Positions 29,305 through 38,079 of a DNA stretch of 64,000 bases are shown here, one piece after another. Each line of letters begins with the position of its first letter. The stretch's first letter is position 1. The notes beneath the pieces were generated by a model. That model saw nothing but the letters and a program-made list of their open reading frames with translations. It did not search any database and was not told where the DNA came from. The translations under genes and the position numbers were made by a program. The DNA is from an uncultured Spirochaetota bacterium (GTDB lineage Bacteria > Spirochaetota > Spirochaetia > SZUA-6 > Fen-1364), in contig CAWGAA010000001.1 of NCBI GenBank assembly GCA_963820525.1, positions 2,560,001-2,624,000 of the forward strand, read 5' to 3'.

Positions 29305-30303
29305 CTACTCCGTATCGAAGGGCGTTCCCAGGGCGGACGGCGGGGTGGCGTTGAGGGCGCGCAGGAGCCTCGCCGCGATCCGCCGAAGCGGTTGGGGCAA
29401 TCTCGCCAGAGTCCTTTCCACCCATTCGGCATTACCGATGTTGACTAAGAGCAGCGTCAGGATCATCAGGGGGAAGGGCGCCACCTGCAATACCTGGGAG
29501 GGGACGCCGGGCAGGAGAGGCTGCAGCACGAGCCCAAGCCACTGGAGCAGGGAGAAGAGGTAGGCCCCGAAGGCGGCTCTGAACGGATTCCACCCGCCGA
29601 AAATCGTGATGGCAAGCACTATCCAGCCGATCCCATCGAGACCCGAGATGGTCCCCTTCCAGCCCGCTTTCACGGAGAGCGAGTAGATCGGTCCGGCCAG
29701 GCCCGCGATAGCTCCGCCCGCCACTGTATAGAGGTAACGGAGCCGGTTGACGTTGGCCCCCCTTATGTAGGCCGCCGCGGGCCGCTCGCCGATTCCTCTG
29801 AGCATGAGTCCGGGACGGGTTCTGTAGATGAACACCCACGAGGCGATGACAAGGATGAAGCTGAGATAGGTCATCACGTCCAGCCTGAAGATCAACGGGC
29901 CGAGCACCGGAATGCGGTCGAGCAGGGGGATGGGCATTGTCGAAAGGCGGGGGGCGGTCTCCCCCATGATGGGGTTTCCCAGAAAATAGGAAAGATCCCG
30001 GCACAACAGGGCGAGGACGAAACCCACCGCCACCTGTGACTGCTTCAGCGTGATACTGGCAAACGCCACCACCAGGGCCACCAGAGCGCCGATCAGCGCT
30101 CCGGCGAGAAATCCCAGCGCGATCGACTGCGTCATGAAGGCTGCCGCGAATCCCCCCATAGCGCACAGGAGGATTGTGCCGTTCATGGAAAGGTTGATCA
30201 CCCCCGCGCGCTCCGACACCGTCTCGCCGATGACGGCAAAAAGAACGGGGGCGGCGGCTGAAAGGACCCCGGAAAGGCTGATGAGCAGAACGTCGGAGCT
30301 CAT
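29305..30303 (-). CDS. Nucleoside/sugar ABC transporter permease
   Basis: GETVSERAGVINL, RGIGERP.AA, GIGWIVLA..IFGGWNP. Confidence 0.9.
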   Translation of the reverse strand: MSSDVLLISLSGVLSAAAPVLFAVIGETVSERAGVINLSMNGTILLCAMGGFAAAFMTQSIALGFLAGALIGALVALVVAFASITLKQSQVAVGFVLALLCRDLSYFLGNPIMGETAPRLSTMPIPLLDRIPVLGPLIFRLDVMTYLSFILVIASWVFIYRTRPGLMLRGIGERPAAAYIRGANVNRLRYLYTVAGGAIAGLAGPIYSLSVKAGWKGTISGLDGIGWIVLAITIFGGWNPFRAAFGAYLFSLLQWLGLVLQPLLPGVPSQVLQVAPFPLMILTLLLVNIGNAEWVERTLARLPQPLRRIAARLLRALNATPPSALGTPFDTE

Positions 30304-30310
30304 TGCGCGC

Positions 30311-31381
30311 CTACCCCCTTTTCAAAAGCCGCTGGCGAGCGCCCTGAGCCAGCATCACGAACAGCACCAGCGTCCCCTGCAGGACGCCGGCCAGGGATGA
30401 GTCCAGCTTGAGCATGATGGGAAGCTGAATGCTGCCCACGTTCAGCCCCGCGAAAAAGAGGGCAACGGGCGCGGCAAGGGATGCCCTGTAGTTTGTCAGC
30501 ATGGCCACCATGAGCCCCAGGTACCCATACCCGCTTGAGATCGACGGGATGAGGCGGTGATACACCGAAGTGACCTGCACCGCCCCGGCAAGGCCGGCGA
30601 AGATCCCGCACAACGCGAACGATATCATCATGTGCTGCCAGGTGGGGATTCCCAGCAGATACGCGGCCCTTGGGTTCCTGCCCACCGCCTTCAAGCGCAG
30701 CCCGAAATAGGTCCCCTGGATAAGGGAATAGATTATCATGATCGACAGGATCGCCATCACGACGGCAGCGGGGCTCAGCCGGGACTGGGCCGTCAGCGTG
30801 GGCATCCAGAGGGACTGCGGGAAGGGCATTGTCCCCGACATGGATGCCACGCCGGGCCGCTTCCAGGGACCGAAAATCAGCCACAGGTTGAGCGCCGTTG
30901 CCACGAAGTTGAGGCCGAGACCCCCGAAGATCTCGTTCACCCCTCCGAAGGTTTTGAGCGCTCCGGCAAGCATGGCCCAGAGGGCGCCGCCGGTCATGCC
31001 CGCCAGAACGCTCATGCCGATCACGAGCGCGGGATTCCAGCCGCTGCTTTGAAGAAGGCGAAGCATCCAGGTCGAGAAGATGGCCCCCAGCGTAATCTGG
31101 CCTTCGATTCCGATGTTCCACAGCCCGACCGTGAAGGTGAGAAGCAGGCCGGAAGTCACCAGGAGCAAAGGAACCCAGGAGACGAGCACGTTCGAGATCT
31201 CATCCCAGGATCCCACGGCGCCGGAAATGATGTCCTTGAAGGCATCCAGGGGCGGAGCCTTGGAAGCGAACAACACGACGGTGGTGAGCGCCAGGGCAAG
31301 GGCGATGGCCCCGATTCGAAATAACGCTTCGGTCCACGGGGAGTTTCTCAAAGCGCCGCCTCCATGGCGAAGCGTTCCCAT
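30311..31381 (-). CDS. Nucleoside/sugar ABC transporter permease
   Basis: WNIGIEGQ, GVNEI, LKAVGRNPRAA, GYGYLG. Confidence 0.9.
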   Translation of the reverse strand: MGTLRHGGGALRNSPWTEALFRIGAIALALALTTVVLFASKAPPLDAFKDIISGAVGSWDEISNVLVSWVPLLLVTSGLLLTFTVGLWNIGIEGQITLGAIFSTWMLRLLQSSGWNPALVIGMSVLAGMTGGALWAMLAGALKTFGGVNEIFGGLGLNFVATALNLWLIFGPWKRPGVASMSGTMPFPQSLWMPTLTAQSRLSPAAVVMAILSIMIIYSLIQGTYFGLRLKAVGRNPRAAYLLGIPTWQHMMISFALCGIFAGLAGAVQVTSVYHRLIPSISSGYGYLGLMVAMLTNYRASLAAPVALFFAGLNVGSIQLPIMLKLDSSLAGVLQGTLVLFVMLAQGARQRLLKRG

Positions 31382-32838
31382 CCCTTTCCTCCGATCAGGG
31401 TTCCGAGCTGCTCCACTGTAAGCTCCGAGGCCGAAAGCGGCGGGGAGACCCGGCCGGAGAAGAACACCAGCACCCTGTCGCTGTATTGCAATATCTCGTC
31501 CAGGTCCGACGAGATGAACACGATCGCCGTGCCGCCGGCGCAGCGTTCCTTGAGCTTGCTCCAGATATACATCGTGGACTCGATATCCAGCCCCCGGGTG
31601 GGATGCTCCAGGAGTATCAGCGAGAGGCGTGTTGGAAGGAGCGCCATCAACATGCGCTGCTGGTTTCCGCCGGAGAGCGACTCCACGGTGCTTGCCGGCA
31701 TTCCCTTGATGTTGTAGGTGGCGATGCGCTCGCCGGCCAGGGCTGCCGCCTTTCGCCGGTCAATGAACAGGCCTTTCATTCCCTCGGACAGAACGAAATG
31801 CTCGGTCAGCGTCAGCCCGGGAACCAGGCCCTGCTCCAGCCGCGCAGCCGGCAGATACACGACTCCCCGCTTCTTGAATGCATGGTGCGACTGGCCGGAC
31901 ACGTCGCTCTCATCGATGCATATCCTGCCGGCCACGGGTCTCGACAGGCCGGCGCACGTCCCCAGGAATATCGACTGCCCGGAGCCTTCCATGCCGGCGA
32001 GCCCGATGACTTCTCCTGCCCTGGCCTGGAAGCTCACATTGCGGATCTGCAGGCGCACGCTTTCCACGGACACCTCGGCCAGGCGGAGCACCGCCGCGCC
32101 GGGAGCGGAGGGGAACCTGTCTGAAGCGGAGATCTGCTTGCCGAACATCATCTCGATCAGGCCGCTGGTCTGGTAGGGCGGCTCGGCGGTGCCGATCAGT
32201 CTTCCCTGGCGGAGAACGGCCACCCGGCCGCACAGGGCTTCCACGTCCTCCAGCTTGTGAGAGACGAACAGAATCGTCATGCCCTGCCCCGCGAGCTTTT
32301 CAAGCGTGGCGAAGAGCTTCTCCTTCTGCGGCAGGCTGATGCCCGTTGTCGGCTCATCGAGGATCAGGGCCCGGGCCCCGAACCATAGAAGGCGGAGGAT
32401 ATCGAGCTGTTGACGCTCGCCGACGGTGAGCGTATCGACATAGGCTTCGGGGTCGAGAAGGAATCCGAACTGTCCGGCCAGCTCCCGGAAGCGCGCGGCG
32501 GCTCCCCGCCGGTCGGGGAACAACCCCCCCTCGCGCCCGAGGATGAAATCGTCGAGCAGCTTCAAGGGGGGAAAGTCGAGGGGATCCTGATGCAGCATCC
32601 CGATGCCGCTTCGGATCGCATCCGCCGGAGAGTGGATGTGAAGGGGCCTGCCGTCCAGGAGGATTTCCCCGCTGTCGGGAGGGATGAAGCCGGAGAGGAT
32701 CTTCATCAAGGTGCTCTTGCCGGCCCCGTTCTCTCCGAGAAGGCCCTGGATGGCGGCGGAAGGAATGGCCAGGGAGATCCCTGCGTTCGCGTGAACCTGC
32801 CCGAATGCCTTGTGGATGTTACGCAGCTCGACCCGCAT
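31348..32838 (-). CDS. ABC transporter ATP-binding protein (two ABC domains, CUT2 type)
   Basis: GENGAGKST, LILDEPT, LSGGNQQR, HPTRGLD. Confidence 0.93.
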   Translation of the reverse strand: MRVELRNIHKAFGQVHANAGISLAIPSAAIQGLLGENGAGKSTLMKILSGFIPPDSGEILLDGRPLHIHSPADAIRSGIGMLHQDPLDFPPLKLLDDFILGREGGLFPDRRGAAARFRELAGQFGFLLDPEAYVDTLTVGERQQLDILRLLWFGARALILDEPTTGISLPQKEKLFATLEKLAGQGMTILFVSHKLEDVEALCGRVAVLRQGRLIGTAEPPYQTSGLIEMMFGKQISASDRFPSAPGAAVLRLAEVSVESVRLQIRNVSFQARAGEVIGLAGMEGSGQSIFLGTCAGLSRPVAGRICIDESDVSGQSHHAFKKRGVVYLPAARLEQGLVPGLTLTEHFVLSEGMKGLFIDRRKAAALAGERIATYNIKGMPASTVESLSGGNQQRMLMALLPTRLSLILLEHPTRGLDIESTMYIWSKLKERCAGGTAIVFISSDLDEILQYSDRVLVFFSGRVSPPLSASELTVEQLGTLIGGKGWERFAMEAAL

Positions 32839-32891
32839 GAAGCATCTCTCCCGCCACGCCGCGGATACCCGAACGGGGGGCACCTCCGGGG

Positions 32892-32928
32892 AAAAAGAAG
32901 GGGGCGAGACCGACGCGAGCCCCGCCCC
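32892..32928 (-). terminator. Intrinsic terminator/attenuator after the BMP gene
   Basis: Minus strand GGGGCGGGGC-loop-GTCTCGCCCC stem followed by a U-rich tract (TTCTTTTT). Confidence 0.65.
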
Positions 32929-32952
32929 TCAGGGGAGTTCCCGAGTGAATAC

Positions 32953-34134
32953 TTACTTGGAAACGCTCTGCCCGACCATGCCTTTCAACAGCTGCGGCAG
33001 ATACCAGATCTGTTGGTCCGTGGGGATCTCGCCGGCTTTCAGGTACGAGGTTCCATCCTGGAGCGCCAGCGGGCCCTTCCAGAGGTTCAGGCCTCTGGCG
33101 AGCTCGGAGATGAACTTGTCCACGTTTGCCGAAGCGGAAGCGGACAGAGCGGCACCCTTCTTGAAGCCGACAGCGGAGGTATCCGGGTTGTTGATGTTCT
33201 TCCAATCCGGGCCGTTCCACTCGAAATGCGATTTCCATTTTCCGCTCATCGCCGAACTGATTGCGCGCTGGTAGGCGGGACCCCAGTTGAAGTAGGGCAC
33301 GCCCAGGCAGACATCGGGCCCCTCTTTGATGGCGTCGGAATAGTCGTAGGGGATGGCCCACACCTTTTTGCCCTGGGCGGCGAGCTTGACGGCTTCGGTC
33401 ACGGCCTCGGTGGTGTCGATGCCGGAGACCACCACGTCGTAGCCCGTGTTGAAGAAGTCGTCGGCAACCTGGGTGGGATCCGAGGTCACCCCGGGGATGT
33501 TGAACCAGAACCCGATCCACGTGACCTTGAACTTCAAGGTGGAGGGATCCTTCTTCAGATACGTGGTCCAGGCGTAGCGTGCGCCAAGGTACACGGCGGA
33601 AGCCAGCCGCCTGGTCTCGGCGTTGATTAGGGGGCCGAGGTAGCCGATCTGGCCGGTCTTGGTGGTGAGGGCTGCAGCAACCCCCGCCATCATCTTGGTG
33701 TATTCCATGCGCCCCATGATGTCGACCATGTTGGGAAGGTCTTTGTATTCCTTGCCCTCCTTCCACACCTGGGCGCCCGACGTCATGATGACGAACACGT
33801 CGGAATGAGCCTGGGCGAATTTGACCGCCTCGTCGCTCATGTCGTCGGAGCTGAAGATGACAAGCTTCGCACCCTTGGCCACCAGGCTTTCGGCAAGCTG
33901 GGAGGCGGTGGTGCCCGGGCGATCCGCCGGATTGACCTTGTCGAGGTACAGCATTTTCGCCCCGGGGACCTTGTTCACGACATACTGGGCGCCGTCGTAG
34001 TTGGCCTGGCTCCAGCCGTGGTCGTTGTACGGACCGACCAGCAGGAGGCCGAAGGTGAAGTCGCTCTGCCCGTAGGCAGCGAAGGCCACGCATGCCATGG
34101 CCAGAAGCAGGACGAGTCTGGTGAGTTGTCTCAT
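32953..34134 (-). CDS. BMP-family ABC substrate-binding protein (purine nucleoside type)
   Basis: VGPYNDHGWS, AGVAAALTTKTGQIGY, WIGFW, FNWGPAY, signal peptide, strong SD. Confidence 0.9.
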   Translation of the reverse strand: MRQLTRLVLLLAMACVAFAAYGQSDFTFGLLLVGPYNDHGWSQANYDGAQYVVNKVPGAKMLYLDKVNPADRPGTTASQLAESLVAKGAKLVIFSSDDMSDEAVKFAQAHSDVFVIMTSGAQVWKEGKEYKDLPNMVDIMGRMEYTKMMAGVAAALTTKTGQIGYLGPLINAETRRLASAVYLGARYAWTTYLKKDPSTLKFKVTWIGFWFNIPGVTSDPTQVADDFFNTGYDVVVSGIDTTEAVTEAVKLAAQGKKVWAIPYDYSDAIKEGPDVCLGVPYFNWGPAYQRAISSAMSGKWKSHFEWNGPDWKNINNPDTSAVGFKKGAALSASASANVDKFISELARGLNLWKGPLALQDGTSYLKAGEIPTDQQIWYLPQLLKGMVGQSVSK

Positions 34135-34248
34135 ACTCCCTCTCCTTTCACGAGATGCTTGCAAAGTGACATGGACACGATTTGTCTCGCGAGATCCAGA
34201 TTGTACTACACTTGTCGCCGCCAGCACAATCGCCGCCCGATCCCCTGT

Positions 34249-34359
34249 GGGCCGGCCTTCTGACATCCCTGTCGCGGCCGGCCTCCGCCCTCCGCGCGGC
34301 GGAATACCGCCGCGGGGCTAGGGCCGGCCTTCTGACATCCTTGTCGCGGCCGGCCTCCG
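34249..34359. repeat. Two 39-bp palindromic direct repeats (REP-like) separated by 33 bp
   Basis: GGGCCGGCCTTCTGACATCC(C/T)TGTCGCGGCCGGCCTCCG at 34249-34287 and 34321-34359, one mismatch. Confidence 0.85.
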
Positions 34360-34409
34360 TCCATCATAACGGCGTTTTTCTCGCTGGCGCTCGAAAAGCC
34401 GCCGTTGGA

Positions 34410-35684
34410 CTAGGGCCGCACACGCTTCCTGTCCCTCGGGAACAGGGCGGCCTCCTTGACGTTGGCCAGTCCCAGCACCTTCTGCGTCAGCCTCTCAAGC
34501 CCGATGGCGAACCCCCCATGGGGCGGGCAGCCGTATTTGAAGATGGACAGGTAGTCGGAGAGCCCCGCCGGATCCAGGCCGAAGGTCCGGGCGTTTTCAA
34601 CAAGCATTTCATGGCGATTGATCCTCATGCCGCCCGACGTGACCTCGAGGCCCCGGAAGAGCAGGTCGAAGGCCCTGGTCTTGTTGTTCTCCGCGGGGAA
34701 GGTATAGAAGGGGCGTGACTTGCGCGGGTAGGCATGGACGAACACGGCATCGATTCCGGCCTCAACGGCCGCCCACTCGCAGAGGGTGCGCTCGCCCTCC
34801 GGCGTGATCTCGTACACCTTCTTGCCCGTCTGCCGGGAAATAATCTCCCGCGCCTCGTCGTATGCCACGCGGGGGATCTTGGGGCACAGCTCGGGCTCGG
34901 GCACCGATGCGTTCCACGCGGCCAGGTCCCCGGCGTTCTCCTCCGTGAGCCCGGAGAAGATCGATTGCAGGATCCCGACCTCCAGGTCCATCAGCTCCAT
35001 CTCGCTTTCGATGAAGGCCATCTCGACGTCCAGCGACACGAACTCGTTGATATGACGGGGAGTGTCGTGCTTTTCGGCGCGGTAGGCGGGGCCGATCTCG
35101 AAGACGCGCTCCAGGCCCGAGGCGATCATTGCCTGCTTGTACAGCTGCGGGGATTGCGTCAGGTACACGCGGGTGTCGAAGTACTCGACGGCGAAAAGGC
35201 CGGTGCCGCCCTCGGTCCCGGTGCCGATGAGCTTCGATGTCTTGATCTCGAAAAACCCCTGGCTCCTCAGGTACTCCGAGAACCTCTTGAGGATGGTTGA
35301 CTGCACTCGGAAGATCGAAAGGATCTGGGGGTTCCTGAGGCTGATCATCCTGTTGTCGAGGATCGATTCGAGGGAGAGCTTGTCCGGCTCCTGGTTCACG
35401 GGAATGGGGAGGTCGGGGGCCGCTGCGGAAAGCACCTCGATCCCGGAAACCCGAACCTCGGCCCCGCCGGGGGCCTTCGTGTTGGCCGCCGCCAGGCCGG
35501 AGACGCGCACCACGGACTCCAGCGTCACATCCGGCTTGGCTTCGAAGACGAGCTGAACGATGCCGGAGCGGTCACGCAGGAGGAGAAACGAAACCTTGCC
35601 CAGGTCTCGTATCCTGTGAACCCATCCGAAGAGGGTGATCTCCTGCCCCACGCGGGAGGCGACGTCACGAGCCAGCGTCCGCAT
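34410..35684 (-). CDS. aspS: Aspartyl-tRNA synthetase, short archaeal-type, non-discriminating
   Basis: GWVHRIRDLG, KAPGG, YLTQSPQLYKQ, YRAEKH, GCPPHGGFAIGLERL. About 425 codons with no GAD insertion. His/Pro residues typical of ND-AspRS. Confidence 0.92.
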   Translation of the reverse strand: MRTLARDVASRVGQEITLFGWVHRIRDLGKVSFLLLRDRSGIVQLVFEAKPDVTLESVVRVSGLAAANTKAPGGAEVRVSGIEVLSAAAPDLPIPVNQEPDKLSLESILDNRMISLRNPQILSIFRVQSTILKRFSEYLRSQGFFEIKTSKLIGTGTEGGTGLFAVEYFDTRVYLTQSPQLYKQAMIASGLERVFEIGPAYRAEKHDTPRHINEFVSLDVEMAFIESEMELMDLEVGILQSIFSGLTEENAGDLAAWNASVPEPELCPKIPRVAYDEAREIISRQTGKKVYEITPEGERTLCEWAAVEAGIDAVFVHAYPRKSRPFYTFPAENNKTRAFDLLFRGLEVTSGGMRINRHEMLVENARTFGLDPAGLSDYLSIFKYGCPPHGGFAIGLERLTQKVLGLANVKEAALFPRDRKRVRP

Positions 35685-38076
35685 TGCCCAGCTCCATCCT
35701 TTCCTGCGCTTCCTCCTCGCTCTCGGAAAAGGCAAGACAGGCGAGGAGCTTCGTGTAAGCAGATTCGGTGGTGAGCGATCCCATGGGAACCGCCCCTTCG
35801 CGCCACAGCTCGTGGGAGGTCACATAGCGGGAGAAGTCCACGATCCCTTCCTGCTGGGAGGTGCAGTAGATCTTCACGCCCCTCTCCTTTGCCTCGAGGA
35901 AGGCCTTTCGAAGCGAGTAGGGAGACTCGCGGAGGTTCGCCGTTCCGGTGTCGTACAGCTCCAGGATGAACCAGCGGATGCCCTTGTTCATGAAATCGAT
36001 GAGATGCTCGCCTCTCATGCCGGGATAGATGCGCAGAATCAGCGTGGCGTTGATGGCCGCCTCAAGGCGGGCACGGATCCTCTCCTTGTCCACGGCGAAG
36101 GGCTCGGCAAACAGGGGGTTTGCCGTGTGCACGCGATGGGGCATATTCCAGTTCCTGAATCCGTCAGTGGCCACCCTCTCGAATCTGAGGTTGAGGGGAG
36201 AGAACACCTCGGAGCCGAACACGACGTAAACGCCGGGGGCTTCGCTGGAGGCCACCTGGATGGCCTTTCGAAGATTGGGGATCGCGTCGCTTCCCTCCCT
36301 GCCGGGGGGCTGGAGGGATGCCGTGAAGACGATCGGCACGGGCGGCTGGGGAAACAGCCAGAAGAGGAGGGAGGAGGTGTAGGCGAGGGTGTCGGTCCCA
36401 TGGGCCACGACGATCCCCGCAGCCCTGCCCTGATGCAGGTTCTCTTCGATGCTCGCGATGAGCCTGGCCCAGTCCTCCGGAGTGATCTCCTCGCTCAACA
36501 GCTCTCCCAGCTCCGCCTCTTCGAAGGCGAGGCTCTTGGAGAACTTCCCCTCGGCCTCCAGCATCTTCATGATCTGGGTGGAGTCGCCTCCGACGATATC
36601 CCCCGTTTCCGAGACTCGGCCCACGATCGCCCCTCCGAAGGAGAGGATCCTGATCACGGAGAGGGCGAGCTTTTCCCGAACGAGGCTCTGCACGAGGGCG
36701 GGATCCGCCCTGCCCGAGGTGGCCTTCATGATCTCCCCGACCAGGTAGCCGGTGGGCTTGTGGTCGCCCCTCCTGATTGCCTCGACGATGGAGGCGTTCT
36801 CCTTCATCACGCGATCGATATAACCGCCCAGGACCTTGGGGTCCGTTATCTGCTCCCAGCCTTTCTCGCGAATAATCGCCAGGGGATCCTTGTCCTCCAG
36901 AAAGACGCTCTCGAGGACCGCCTTGGCGATCTTTCCATGAATGCGCTTGGAGGCCAGAAGCGTCAGAAGCTCGCACAGCCGCTTGGGGGTGAGGGGGCTG
37001 GCGGAGAGGGAAACCTCGGCGCGGTTCAAATGCTTCCGCACGTCCGAAGCAAGCCACAGCGCCACACTCTGGGCATCGGCTCCCAGGGCCACGGTCTGCT
37101 CGAAGAAGTCGGCCTGCTCCTTTTCAGCGCAGAGGTACTCCGCCTGCTCCTCGCTCAAGCCGTAGTGGGCAATGAACCTTTGCTTGACTGCCTCGGGAAG
37201 TTCCACGAGGGAATCCTCGACAGCGGAGAGAAACTTCTCGTCGGCAACGAAGGGGGGCAGGTCCGGCTCGGGGAAATAGCGATAGTCTGCCGAGGCTTCC
37301 TTGGTTCTCATTCCTTCCGTGATGTCGCGATTCTCGTTCCACAGGCGGGTCTCCTGCTTCACCGTGCCCCCGCGCTCCAGGATTTCCTCCTGCCGCTCGA
37401 TCTCGTAGCTGATGGCCTTTCTGACGAACTTGAAGGAGTTCAAGTTCTTCACCTCGACCTTGTTGCCCAGGCCCTGGCCCGCCAGGTTCACGGAAACATT
37501 GGCGTCGCAGCGCAGGGAGCCTTCCTCCATGTTTCCGTCGCAGACCCCCAGGTAGCGGACCATGCGCCGCAGGTGCTGGAGGAAGATCTCGGCCTCTTCG
37601 CCCACCTCCATGTCGGGCTGCGTGACGATCTCCAGGAGGGGAGTGCCGGTCCTGTTGAAGTCCAGAAGCGTCACGTCTCCCGCGTGGATCATCTTTCCCG
37701 CATCCTCCTCGAGGTGGACCTCGCGGATGCGAACGCGCCGCTTGCGTTTTCGAAGCTCGATCTCCAGGAAGCCGTCGGTGCCGAGGGGAGAGCGGAACTG
37801 GGAGATCTGATAGTTCTTGGGCAGGTCGGGGTAGAAGTAGTTCTTCCTCTCGAACAGGGTTGACTTGGAGAGCGTGCAGCTCAGGGCCCGCGCCACCACG
37901 TAGCCCATGCGGATCGCCTCGAGGTTCAGGGCAGGGAGCACTCCGGGATAGCCCATGCACACGGGGCACACATTGGTGTTGGGCTCGTCTCCGAAGGCGG
38001 CGCGGCAGCCGCAGAACACCTTCGTGCGGGTGAGCAGCTGGATGTGGACCTCAAGGCCGAGGAACGACGCGTACAC
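35665..38076 (-). CDS. gatB: GatB amidotransferase subunit fused to a C-terminal asparaginase/GatD-like domain
   Basis: aa 1-472: GLEVHIQL, YFYPDLPKNYQISQ, HLEEDAGK, LRCDANVS, YRYFPEPDL, Yqey-like tail. aa 473-803: ILSFGGAI, VAHGTDTLAYT, SDAIPNL, IYPG, TSQ, LTTESAYTKL. Confidence 0.93.
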   Translation of the reverse strand: MYASFLGLEVHIQLLTRTKVFCGCRAAFGDEPNTNVCPVCMGYPGVLPALNLEAIRMGYVVARALSCTLSKSTLFERKNYFYPDLPKNYQISQFRSPLGTDGFLEIELRKRKRRVRIREVHLEEDAGKMIHAGDVTLLDFNRTGTPLLEIVTQPDMEVGEEAEIFLQHLRRMVRYLGVCDGNMEEGSLRCDANVSVNLAGQGLGNKVEVKNLNSFKFVRKAISYEIERQEEILERGGTVKQETRLWNENRDITEGMRTKEASADYRYFPEPDLPPFVADEKFLSAVEDSLVELPEAVKQRFIAHYGLSEEQAEYLCAEKEQADFFEQTVALGADAQSVALWLASDVRKHLNRAEVSLSASPLTPKRLCELLTLLASKRIHGKIAKAVLESVFLEDKDPLAIIREKGWEQITDPKVLGGYIDRVMKENASIVEAIRRGDHKPTGYLVGEIMKATSGRADPALVQSLVREKLALSVIRILSFGGAIVGRVSETGDIVGGDSTQIMKMLEAEGKFSKSLAFEEAELGELLSEEITPEDWARLIASIEENLHQGRAAGIVVAHGTDTLAYTSSLLFWLFPQPPVPIVFTASLQPPGREGSDAIPNLRKAIQVASSEAPGVYVVFGSEVFSPLNLRFERVATDGFRNWNMPHRVHTANPLFAEPFAVDKERIRARLEAAINATLILRIYPGMRGEHLIDFMNKGIRWFILELYDTGTANLRESPYSLRKAFLEAKERGVKIYCTSQQEGIVDFSRYVTSHELWREGAVPMGSLTTESAYTKLLACLAFSESEEEAQERMELGNADAGS

Positions 38077-38079
38077 GCT

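Noticed and set aside
34249..34359. CRISPR array
   Set aside because: Only two repeats, a self-complementary spacer, no AT-rich leader and no cas genes. Kept as a REP-like repeat.
35635..37863. 742-aa plus-strand ORF
   Set aside because: Antisense shadow of the gatB fusion.
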